NCBI GenBank assembly: GCA_017475235.1
Contig: JAFVGA010000001.1
Location: 5,240 to 69,239, forward strand
Reading direction: 5' to 3'
DNA: 64,000 bases
DNA from: Eubacterium sp.
GTDB taxonomy: Bacteria; Bacillota; Clostridia; Lachnospirales; Lachnospiraceae
Shown here piece after piece: positions 18,508-26,918 of the stretch; position 1 is the stretch's first letter, and every line of letters starts with the position of its first letter. Under the pieces are notes generated by a model. That model was not told the DNA's origin, made no database searches, and saw nothing but the letters and a program-made list of their open reading frames with translations. Position numbers and translations under genes: made by a program.

Positions 18508-20754
18508 ATGCCTACTGGTACAATAATGGCTCCGATGCCAACAAGAGTTGCTCCTCAACAGCAAGCTCCAGCACCGGTGTCATATATCTATGATTTTAAA
18601 ACAAGAAATCAATCATTCCTTACTATGCACTATTATTTAAAGAGTAAGGGATATAACAACAATGCATTCATGCTTATACTATTTGATACAGACTTAGTAG
18701 GAGTAGACCCATATGACCCTAATCTCTCTCCATTATATAAACAAAAGATATTGATTGAAATTAGAAGAAATCTATGGTACTTCATACGAGAAGTATCTAG
18801 AATTCCTCAATCAGGCGGACCGCCATCTTCGTTCCAATTAGATAGAGCGAATATGGCTGTACTATATTTATTGCAGTTCAATATCAATATATATGAAGAG
18901 ATCCCTCGACAGTGTGGAAAGACTCAGGGTATTGCTGCATTCTATTTGTGGTTGTATAACTTCAGAACTCAGTCTAGTAATATAGTATTCCTGAATAAGA
19001 AAATGGAAACCACAAAGGAAAACTTACAGCGTCTTAAAGACCAAAGAGAAGCATTACCATCTTATCTTAGATTCGAAACCGTATATGGATTAGATGGCAA
19101 ACCTCTTAAGACGCCTAATACTGTAGAGTACATTACGAATCCTATTAATAAGAACCGAATAAAATGTTTGCCTTCGGCTACATCTGAAGGAAAAGCTTCA
19201 AATCTATTAAGAGGTAAATCGTTATCAGGACTATGGATAGACGAGGCAGGATTTATTCCATACTTGGCTTCTATTATCACCAATGGTATGCCTGCATTAC
19301 GAACATCAATGGATCAATGTAAGAAGAATGGTGCTCCTCATGGTATCATTTATACAAGTACACCAGGTTCACTTACAAACCCAGATGCAGAATACTTCTA
19401 CAGATTAGTACAGGATATGACAGAATTCGATGAGTCATGGTATGACCTCACATTGAATCAGTTGTTTGAAATTCTTAATGCTAATCAGAAGTCTTCATTT
19501 GTTAAGATTAGGTACAACTACAGACAGCTCGGTAAATCAGAAGACTGGTTCAAGAACCTCTGTAAGGATATGGGCTTCGATTATGATGCCATCCGTAGAG
19601 AAGTTCTCCTTAATTGGGAAGCTACTTCTAAGAACTGTCCATTCTCTAAAGATGAACTCGAAACAGTCGGAAGATTCGTTAGAGAACCAGTATCTACAAT
19701 TCTTGTATTTGGTAAATATAAGCTCAATATCTATAAGACGTATGATAATCTTATGCAATTACATAGTAGTCAATTTGCGGTTGGCTGTGACGTTTCTGCT
19801 GGTTCACAATCAGACTCTTCTACAATGGTTGTAGTAGATGCTCGTACAAGCGAACTCGTGATGGAATTCAACTGTAACTACATTTCTATTATGGAATTCG
19901 CTAGAGTTATCATTGAAGTTGTAACGTCGTACTTACCATTGAATAATACTGTAGTAACAGTAGAACGAAATGGCGTAGGTCATGGCTTGTTATCTAGACT
20001 TGTACAATCACCAATTAAACGAAATCTGTACTTTGAAATCAAAGACAAAGTTATTGATGAACGTAATGATGGTGCTGGACATATCACAAGAACAAAACAG
20101 CGTGTAAAGCAGTTTGGTCTTTACAATACTCAGGAAGTTCGTTTGGATATCATGGATCTCCTTATGAACAGAGTACAGAATTTCCCGCATCTTATTACTT
20201 CTAAGCTTATCCTTAACGAGCTTGAAGGATTAGAGCGTAAGGGAGACAAGATCGACCACTCTACAAATACTCATGATGATACTATATTTGGATATATGCT
20301 TGCATTGTATCCACTCTACTATGGTAAGAATATCAAGGAGAACTGGAATATCGATTTAGCAAGATTCAAGACTATTGATTCTTGTGATGATGAGATGTTT
20401 GATCCGGAACTTGATGAGCATAAGGACTACATTGTAGAGAAATTAGCAAATCTTGAAAACGATCTTATTAAACAGCAGATGCAATATCTCGCTACAGATA
20501 AGTCTAAGCTGTATAATGATTACTTTGCAGAAGAACGAAGAAAAGATGAAGAAGCTTTAAAGAGACTTCTCAATACTAAATTAGGACGTAAAGCTTATAT
20601 GGAAACATATCATAGCACTGAAACTGACCTTAAATATAATTATGGCGAGATTCAGAATATTCCTGATGATGTATTCTTAAACTTCTACAAGACAGAAGAT
20701 CATATTGCAGAAGAAAAAAGAAAATACGATAAAGAAAGACGTAATCTTTACTAA
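18508..20754 (+). CDS. terL: Terminase large subunit
   Basis: Walker A PRQCGKT, Walker B LWIDEAGF, motif III STP, nuclease GCDVS...VERN...HDD. Confidence 0.92.
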   Translation: MPTGTIMAPMPTRVAPQQQAPAPVSYIYDFKTRNQSFLTMHYYLKSKGYNNNAFMLILFDTDLVGVDPYDPNLSPLYKQKILIEIRRNLWYFIREVSRIPQSGGPPSSFQLDRANMAVLYLLQFNINIYEEIPRQCGKTQGIAAFYLWLYNFRTQSSNIVFLNKKMETTKENLQRLKDQREALPSYLRFETVYGLDGKPLKTPNTVEYITNPINKNRIKCLPSATSEGKASNLLRGKSLSGLWIDEAGFIPYLASIITNGMPALRTSMDQCKKNGAPHGIIYTSTPGSLTNPDAEYFYRLVQDMTEFDESWYDLTLNQLFEILNANQKSSFVKIRYNYRQLGKSEDWFKNLCKDMGFDYDAIRREVLLNWEATSKNCPFSKDELETVGRFVREPVSTILVFGKYKLNIYKTYDNLMQLHSSQFAVGCDVSAGSQSDSSTMVVVDARTSELVMEFNCNYISIMEFARVIIEVVTSYLPLNNTVVTVERNGVGHGLLSRLVQSPIKRNLYFEIKDKVIDERNDGAGHITRTKQRVKQFGLYNTQEVRLDIMDLLMNRVQNFPHLITSKLILNELEGLERKGDKIDHSTNTHDDTIFGYMLALYPLYYGKNIKENWNIDLARFKTIDSCDDEMFDPELDEHKDYIVEKLANLENDLIKQQMQYLATDKSKLYNDYFAEERRKDEEALKRLLNTKLGRKAYMETYHSTETDLKYNYGEIQNIPDDVFLNFYKTEDHIAEEKRKYDKERRNLY

Positions 20755-20789
20755 AAAATAGGGGAGCCATGAATGCTCCCCTATTATTT
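20754..20789. terminator. Bidirectional terminator
   Basis: aataggggagc/gctcccctatt between convergent genes. Confidence 0.7.
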
Positions 20790-21666
20790 ATTCTTCTGCG
20801 TAAGATCGTGAATTTTTTATTACAAACGCATATGGCCTATTTTTGAAATCTACACCTGTAGATATCAACATGCCATGTTCGATGTTTGGTTCGCCTTTAT
20901 ATTTAACCAAAACATCTTCAGCGTCCTCCTTGCGCTTTAATAAGAAATATGGTTTCTTTCCATTACATTTATGGTAGAGGTTTCCATACATTACCTCATT
21001 TCCCTTTTCATCTGTTTCAAATTGTAATGGATGTAAAGGTGAGTGGATGATATTCACACAAGGTTTCGCTTTGCCAAATCCGTAGAAGCAATACTTATTG
21101 AATACCGCTACTTTACTTTTCTTTGCGATCTTATGCCTTGCAGGACTCTTATCTGATAGGTAGTCCTTTAAAATTGAGAAGTCGATTAAATTTTCTTCAG
21201 TCAACTCTGTATCTTCCGGCATCCTTAATGCTTTTCTTAAAGAAGCTAAAGATACACTTGGTTCTCCGCCAGGTTCTGTTGCTGACCGAGGAATGTATTT
21301 GAATCCGAACTTATTTATCATCTCTAATAATTCTGGAGCTAATAATAAATCCGCTTCAAATTCTTTCAACAGCATATATGCCTTAAAATTATCTTTATCG
21401 GCAAAATCTGTTTCTGTCTGCACTCGTAGCCAGATCATACCATTATCTATGTATGCTGGAAACGAATACACTTCTTTTTCTTTGTCAGTTTTACGTTCTT
21501 TTAAAATTAATGTCAAAACTGGGCTATCATTTTCGATATTTAAATATACCGCTCGATATCCCTCTTCCTCGTCTTCAGTACTTATCAATTTGATACTTTT
21601 AATGGTATCATACTTCGGTTGATAATCACCAAAAACTCCTTTCAGGAAATCTAGTTTGTTAGTCAT
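20788..21666 (-). CDS. Hypothetical early protein
   Basis: ORF; early promoter at 21711-21727 (minus). Confidence 0.75.
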   Translation of the reverse strand: MTNKLDFLKGVFGDYQPKYDTIKSIKLISTEDEEEGYRAVYLNIENDSPVLTLILKERKTDKEKEVYSFPAYIDNGMIWLRVQTETDFADKDNFKAYMLLKEFEADLLLAPELLEMINKFGFKYIPRSATEPGGEPSVSLASLRKALRMPEDTELTEENLIDFSILKDYLSDKSPARHKIAKKSKVAVFNKYCFYGFGKAKPCVNIIHSPLHPLQFETDEKGNEVMYGNLYHKCNGKKPYFLLKRKEDAEDVLVKYKGEPNIEHGMLISTGVDFKNRPYAFVIKNSRSYAEE

Positions 21667-21785
21667 ATATAACACGTTCCTTTCAATGATTGTGGGTGAA
21701 TATTCTTATTCACTTTGATAATATACAATTTTAACACATATTGAACTTGTTAGTAATTATTGGCATTTTAAGGAGGGTTTTACAA

Positions 21786-22568
21786 ATGCAAGACATGACA
21801 CAGTACGGAGATATAGCAAAAGCAGAAAATCAATCCGCTATGTCGGAGATTTTACGCCATTTCTCCTCCGAATACGTCCTCAGTATTATGAACCAGGAGA
21901 TTGGAATATTCAATACCAATCCTATGGATCCATCCAGAAAGATTCAGAATATAGTTTCAGCTATAGAAGAAGAGTACAGTTATCTTAAGGATAACTATCC
22001 TTATGATCTTGAGAATCTTACAACCGTTAGAAATGAGATGTACACTAATATCATTCAGTGTATAGCTAAGAATTTCAATTTGATAGTCACATTCCCGGAA
22101 GACATCGGACCAGATCTAGTAAGACTTGCATATGGACTGTATCAGTTCTTTATATGCGATATTAACGATAATATTATCTGGTTCTTCTCTAATGTGATAG
22201 AAGCTAATATCGATTCGCTTTATATTGCTCTTGGTAATATCAAAAAGAGAAGTGACGGTAAGCCTATTCAAGAATATAAGAATCCAAAGGTAGCTGATAT
22301 CTTGAACAATATCAATGCCGTTATATCGGTTATCCAAGGAATGGATTTAACTATTCATGATTTTATCGGATGTATTCCATCTTTCGCTAATGAGTTTGGA
22401 CAGTATATAGAAGAGCAGGATAATTTCCTGCACACTTTTGTTTTTCCGAAACTTACCAATTATATGTTTAGCCCAATACTCATATCTAATATGAAGTCTA
22501 AGATACATCAAGACCAGTTGTTGTATCAGACAACACTAGCAGAATATCTTAATTCAAAAGGAGAATAA
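21786..22568 (+). CDS. Hypothetical protein
   Basis: SD AAGGAGG; promoter AACT-N6-TA at 21744-21755. Confidence 0.75.
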   Translation: MQDMTQYGDIAKAENQSAMSEILRHFSSEYVLSIMNQEIGIFNTNPMDPSRKIQNIVSAIEEEYSYLKDNYPYDLENLTTVRNEMYTNIIQCIAKNFNLIVTFPEDIGPDLVRLAYGLYQFFICDINDNIIWFFSNVIEANIDSLYIALGNIKKRSDGKPIQEYKNPKVADILNNINAVISVIQGMDLTIHDFIGCIPSFANEFGQYIEEQDNFLHTFVFPKLTNYMFSPILISNMKSKIHQDQLLYQTTLAEYLNSKGE

Positions 22569-22570
22569 TT

Positions 22571-23620
22571 ATGTCAGAAGAAATTAAAGACGAAACTTTC
22601 GATACCACTAAATTAACTGAGAAAGACCTTGAATTCAACTCCGAGATTATGAAAGAAGAAGTTTCTTTCTCTGGAGTATCAAAATCTATTGGAGAAATTC
22701 TTGAAGTCGGTGAAGTTCCTGTTTCAGAAGTTCATATATTCATGGAACTCATTAAGAGAGTAAGAAGTAAAGAAAAGATAAACAATATATTTGCTGAACT
22801 TCCACCTACATTTAAGAGACACATTTTAAAGCAGATGGGTCAGATAGACGAAGCCGCAGCATTCACTGCTAATCCTACATTCTGTAACTTCCTTGCTAAG
22901 GAACTCATTCAGGATATTGTAGGAAATACCGCTTTCGATTCTCTTATTTCTGAATACAATAAAGAAATGTCAACAGTAAACTCTGATCTTAAGAATGGTA
23001 AGACTCTTGTTTCCGCATATAATGACGTAATGAGAGAAACGATGACCACTAAGTATCAGGAGATTGCAGATAAACTCAGAGCTGATGGCGATGAAGAGAC
23101 TGCAGTATATTATGAGAAGCTTATTGCTTCTTATAAAGATGCATACAATCTGAAGAAGCTTAAAGAAGCTATTGAAGAAAGACCATCTTTGCTCAATAGA
23201 GCATATAAGGAAATTAAACATTATGAGCAGTATGCTTTCGACTTCTCTATGAAGTTCTGTATGAATGTAACACCAATCAAGAATGCTCAGGGTGAAGAAG
23301 TTGAGATGCCTAGCATTAAGACACTTGATGCTGTATATAACGCTCTTATGCGTAGTGGAGTATTTACAAATGAAGATACAGCCAAGACTCTCTGTGTTCT
23401 TATCTATCTGATATATTCTGATACAGATATTTCTAATATTCATGAATACACTCTTCTGTACTTTATAATAGATTCTCTCTACGTTTTAGATAGAGCATCA
23501 AAAGTCGGTGATTCTATTGAAGAAACACTCGAGAATCTTGGATGGTTCGAAAACACTCTTGAAGAGATGCTTGTAAATAAGATGGCTGATAAGAAGTCAA
23601 AGAAGAAAGGTAAGAAGTAA
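22571..23620 (+). CDS. Hypothetical helical protein
   Basis: Long ORF with SD AAGGAG. Confidence 0.8.
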   Translation: MSEEIKDETFDTTKLTEKDLEFNSEIMKEEVSFSGVSKSIGEILEVGEVPVSEVHIFMELIKRVRSKEKINNIFAELPPTFKRHILKQMGQIDEAAAFTANPTFCNFLAKELIQDIVGNTAFDSLISEYNKEMSTVNSDLKNGKTLVSAYNDVMRETMTTKYQEIADKLRADGDEETAVYYEKLIASYKDAYNLKKLKEAIEERPSLLNRAYKEIKHYEQYAFDFSMKFCMNVTPIKNAQGEEVEMPSIKTLDAVYNALMRSGVFTNEDTAKTLCVLIYLIYSDTDISNIHEYTLLYFIIDSLYVLDRASKVGDSIEETLENLGWFENTLEEMLVNKMADKKSKKKGKK

Positions 23621-23621
23621 T

Positions 23622-23870
23622 ATGAATAAGAGGATTAAGAAGAAACACTGGAAAAAAGCATTCGCCTGGGTATCAGTTAGATTCTTTGGTTCTGGATTGC
23701 GTTTATCTCAAGAAGAATCAACTATTTTGGCTGAGTTAATTAAAAAAGAACGCTATAGAGAAGCCACCCTATTTATTCAGGTCAGATATTTGGATTCAAT
23801 TCAATTAACTGTCAAATTATTATGCGAAAAGATTGAATCTACCGCTAAAGATAACGATTTCGAATATTAA
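23622..23870 (+). CDS. Small hypothetical protein
   Basis: ORF directly after the previous stop. Confidence 0.55.
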   Translation: MNKRIKKKHWKKAFAWVSVRFFGSGLRLSQEESTILAELIKKERYREATLFIQVRYLDSIQLTVKLLCEKIESTAKDNDFEY

Positions 23871-23912
23871 ATCAAAGTGTATTTTTTAATAGAGTTTTGT
23901 GGAGGTAAACAA

Positions 23913-24104
23913 ATGGAAAACAAACTTTTTGATGATTACATTGATAATTATGCTGATGGTATAGCAGAATCAGTCTATGATGCTGTGATATCAAAGCGAA
24001 TTAACAGTAAGGATCTTACTGATGAACAGAAGAAAGAAGCTCATGATAGATTTGTCGCTCATTTTGCGAAACTGTTGACTGGTGAGGTGACTCCTAATGC
24101 ATGA
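23913..24104 (+). CDS. Small hypothetical protein
   Basis: SD GGAGGT. Confidence 0.6.
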   Translation: MENKLFDDYIDNYADGIAESVYDAVISKRINSKDLTDEQKKEAHDRFVAHFAKLLTGEVTPNA

Positions 24105-24327
24105 TCCAGCAGAAAAGAGAATAGAGCTTTTAAAAGAATATGAAAAGAATTGTGATGAAATGGTTAGAGATATGCTGGCATCAGCAGGCTCTTTAAGTGC
24201 TTTTGGTGATTACGGTTCTTCTCGAATGGAATATACTCCTCATGCTTTCTATGAAGCCAATCATGCTAAGAAGATGAAAAGAAAGAAACAAGCAAAGGCT
24301 TCTAGAAGAAAGAATAGAAAAGGATAA
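24097..24327 (+). CDS. Small hypothetical protein with basic tail
   Basis: SD GAGGTG; overlaps the previous gene. Confidence 0.6.
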   Translation: MHDPAEKRIELLKEYEKNCDEMVRDMLASAGSLSAFGDYGSSRMEYTPHAFYEANHAKKMKRKKQAKASRRKNRKG

Positions 24328-24399
24328 TACTATTGTATATTATTATAGTATAAAGAAGTGCACAAGTACTTCCGTATTTAAAAAGGAGGATATTCTAAA

Positions 24400-24801
24400 A
24401 TGGATATTGAAGAATTCGAAAGGATCAGGGAGAAAGTAGAGGCTGATCCAGACAGCGTAACTGAAGAAGAATACAAAGAATCGATTCAGTTTATGCTTGA
24501 GCATATTGCTATACAGCAGATTGAGGATCAAGCAAAGAAAGAAGTCGAAGAGTACAAGGCAAAAATACGCATGATAAATAATCTGCGTAAGTCTCTCAGC
24601 TCTCTCGATGAAGAAGCCAAAAAGACTTTTGACTTTATTGGCGACATTCCTATGCCGCCAGAAAAAGAAGAATACGAAGCTCGCGGCAAAGTGGTTTTCG
24701 AGGAATGGGATGCTAAGATGGAAGCATACCATAATAGAAAGGCCATGGCGTTTATGCTTTTACAGAAAAGAAATAGGGAGCGTCAAGAAGGCTTTGAGTA
24801 A
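24400..24801 (+). CDS. Hypothetical early coiled-coil protein
   Basis: Early promoter 24334-24350; SD AGGAGG. Confidence 0.75.
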   Translation: MDIEEFERIREKVEADPDSVTEEEYKESIQFMLEHIAIQQIEDQAKKEVEEYKAKIRMINNLRKSLSSLDEEAKKTFDFIGDIPMPPEKEEYEARGKVVFEEWDAKMEAYHNRKAMAFMLLQKRNRERQEGFE

Positions 24802-24830
24802 AGTCAAAGATAATTAGATATTATCATTAT

Positions 24831-24877
24831 GTCAGTAGAACATAAGGAGCATTCTACTGATGTCCATAAGGACGCTC
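24831..24877 (+). ncRNA. Pseudoknot 5'-leader motif, copy 2 (upstream of acrIII-1)
   Basis: P1 tcagtagaa/ttctactga, loop cataagGAGCa, P2 gtcc-ataa-ggac, 3' GCTC; early-type promoter TAGATATTAT-N6-G at 24815-24831. Confidence 0.7.
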
Positions 24878-24915
24878 AATTTGTAAGCCTATTCGATAGA
24901 AAGGAAGATGCAAAG

Positions 24916-25230
24916 ATGGCTTATATCACAAACGCTTTTTCAATCAACATGATTAGCGACCTTGGTCAGGTAAAAGTAGAGTTCACACCGACCGATCCGC
25001 AGAACATACCGAAGGACGTTGAGTCAGCAATCGGCCATGCGGATATCGCAGCAGTAATCAGCAATGATCTCGGAGTAGAGCTGGCTCCGAACAGAATCAA
25101 CAACAGCTTAGTCAAGGGCGAAACAATTTATGTTGCGCAGTACATCGGCCCTAGACTCCCAGAGGGTGCAACAACTCTGCCGGAAGGCGCAAAGATCAAG
25201 TACTATAAGGTGGATGTCCTCACAGACTAA
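24916..25230 (+). CDS. acrIII-1: AcrIII-1 / DUF1874 (STIV B116/YddF-like) cA4 ring nuclease, anti-type III CRISPR
   Basis: Family motifs NAFSINM, SAIGH, NR and RLPEG in the expected order; 104 aa. Confidence 0.88.
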   Translation: MAYITNAFSINMISDLGQVKVEFTPTDPQNIPKDVESAIGHADIAAVISNDLGVELAPNRINNSLVKGETIYVAQYIGPRLPEGATTLPEGAKIKYYKVDVLTD

Positions 25231-25252
25231 TCCGTGAACCTTACGCTTGATT

Positions 25253-25287
25253 GGAGGGTGGGTCGCAAGACCTGCCCTCCTTTTTTT
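25253..25287 (+). terminator. Intrinsic terminator
   Basis: ggagggtgggtc-gcaa-gacctgccctcc followed by T7. Confidence 0.85.
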
Positions 25288-25322
25288 GCTTCCGAAACAT
25301 TTTTATAAAAGGAGGGATTCAT

Positions 25323-26033
25323 ATGCCTGTAGTTTTTCTTAACTCAAAAGCGTTCTGTAAATTAGAACCTGTATTCGAATTAGCATATTGCAACGTTCCT
25401 GAATATTCTGATCCTATCAAGAAGGTTGTTATCGATAGAAACAAGAAATATCATTTCGAAGCATACAACGAAGAAACTGGACAACTCTTAGACTATGTAG
25501 GAAAAGTAGTAAGAGTATCCATAAAGTATAATCCGAATCATGCTTTTATACCTCTTGATGCAACTGAAGAAGATATTCAGATTCTTTCTATTCTTGTAGA
25601 CTGTTCTACAGATTGTAAGTCTGTGGTAAGACTTATCAATGTATCTGATTTAAGAACAGTAGAAGAATACGTTGATCCAGATGCAGATCCAGATAAGCCG
25701 GATATAGATCCAGATGAAGTAGTTATACTTTCATATAGTATTAAGATTCTTACAGAAGAAGATGAACCTATTGAAGGTATTGGTGTAGGTGACCCATATT
25801 TAGAAGTATTCATTGAGGGTGTAGAAGATCCGCTTAGAATACCACTTATATGGATTGTCAAGAAATGGCTTGCACCAGAAACGAAAGAGATTGATATTAC
25901 TTCTGCTAGATTTGCTACTCTTACAGAAAACGATCCTCCTATTGATGGCGTTAAAGTCGGCGAAAAATATGTCGAACTCTTCATCAAAGGACAGGTTGAA
26001 CCTATCATTTATCCATATCCTTATCACATTTAA
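25323..26033 (+). CDS. Hypothetical late protein with duplicated C-terminal module
   Basis: Late promoter 25296-25307; repeat PI(E/D)G-x-x-VG-x-x-Y(L/V)E-x-FI-x-G-x-x-xP occurs twice. Confidence 0.7.
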   Translation: MPVVFLNSKAFCKLEPVFELAYCNVPEYSDPIKKVVIDRNKKYHFEAYNEETGQLLDYVGKVVRVSIKYNPNHAFIPLDATEEDIQILSILVDCSTDCKSVVRLINVSDLRTVEEYVDPDADPDKPDIDPDEVVILSYSIKILTEEDEPIEGIGVGDPYLEVFIEGVEDPLRIPLIWIVKKWLAPETKEIDITSARFATLTENDPPIDGVKVGEKYVELFIKGQVEPIIYPYPYHI

Positions 26034-26103
26034 TTTTTTGGGGGAGCGAAAGCTCCTCCATTATTTTTTGTGGAAAAACAAATATATAAAGGAGGGAGTT
26101 CAA

Positions 26104-26874
26104 ATGGCTAAACCTAGCTTTATTAATGTGGTAAACGACGCAGCTATATACAATAGATCCGATGGGTCTGAATTTGTATTTTTTGTTCCAGAGAAATGGT
26201 TCGACAATAACGTTGCTCAGATTAATGGTGACGTAATTAATATCATCGGTATATTGGATTATACTATAATGGATAAGTCTGGTAAGTTTGGAAAGCTCAA
26301 GAAGTTTTATTGGCCTTCTGCTTTTCTTACAAGACCATCTTATATTGAAAAGAAGAAGGATGTGGTTCTTACAAAGAACTCGCCTAAACTTGATTATAGA
26401 CTTCTTCACTATAAGAAAGACGCAGAAATCATCTGCTGTATTCAGATTCCTATGCTTGCAGATAATATAGAAGAAATCTATAGAATATTCCTTGGTGGTT
26501 CTTTGACTATGACACAGACTATCTCGTATGATAAACTCCAAGATATATTCATGGATTCTATATCTTTCAATGATGCCGCATATGACTCTACAATGCAATT
26601 ACTTGGTATTCCTATCTCAGGAATCTGTAGAAATCCTAAAGATAAAACTAAGCAATTCCGTTTTGGGGATATGAATAATATGTATGATTATCTTGCTATT
26701 CAAGTAGACAAGATTTCAAAATATACTTCACCTCAGACGTCAATTACATCATCAAATTGGGATGAAGCTGTAATGAATGCTATACTGCTTTCGGATAAAC
26801 AAACTGACTCTTCAACGTACTCACCGTTGGAGAAACTGATGATGGAGCAATGTAACATTGAAGTAAAGCCTTAA
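26104..26874 (+). CDS. RNAP beta' C-terminal-like subunit (probably virion RNAP)
   Basis: C-terminus (ISGICRNP...SPQTSITSSNWDEAVMNAIL...SPLEKL) resembles the beta' clamp C-terminus; late promoter 26077-26088. Confidence 0.5.
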   Translation: MAKPSFINVVNDAAIYNRSDGSEFVFFVPEKWFDNNVAQINGDVINIIGILDYTIMDKSGKFGKLKKFYWPSAFLTRPSYIEKKKDVVLTKNSPKLDYRLLHYKKDAEIICCIQIPMLADNIEEIYRIFLGGSLTMTQTISYDKLQDIFMDSISFNDAAYDSTMQLLGIPISGICRNPKDKTKQFRFGDMNNMYDYLAIQVDKISKYTSPQTSITSSNWDEAVMNAILLSDKQTDSSTYSPLEKLMMEQCNIEVKP

Positions 26875-26918
26875 CATTTTAGGCATAAAAATCATTCTAT
26901 AAAGGAGGAAAAATCAAT

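Noticed and set aside
18508-20754. Inteins in terminase, helicase or RNAP subunits
   Set aside because: No C/S...HN-C/S/T splice signatures or LAGLIDADG blocks seen; motif spacing looks uninterrupted
24857-24877. CTGATGTCC-ATAA-GGACG resembles a hammerhead ribozyme core
   Set aside because: Lacks the full CUGAUGA and the GAAA strand, and CTGA is absent from the other two copies of the motif
24829-24915. ORF-track N-terminal extension of AcrIII-1 (and the similar extension 5317-5451)
   Set aside because: Overlaps the promoter and structured leader and has no SD; family similarity starts at ATG 24916
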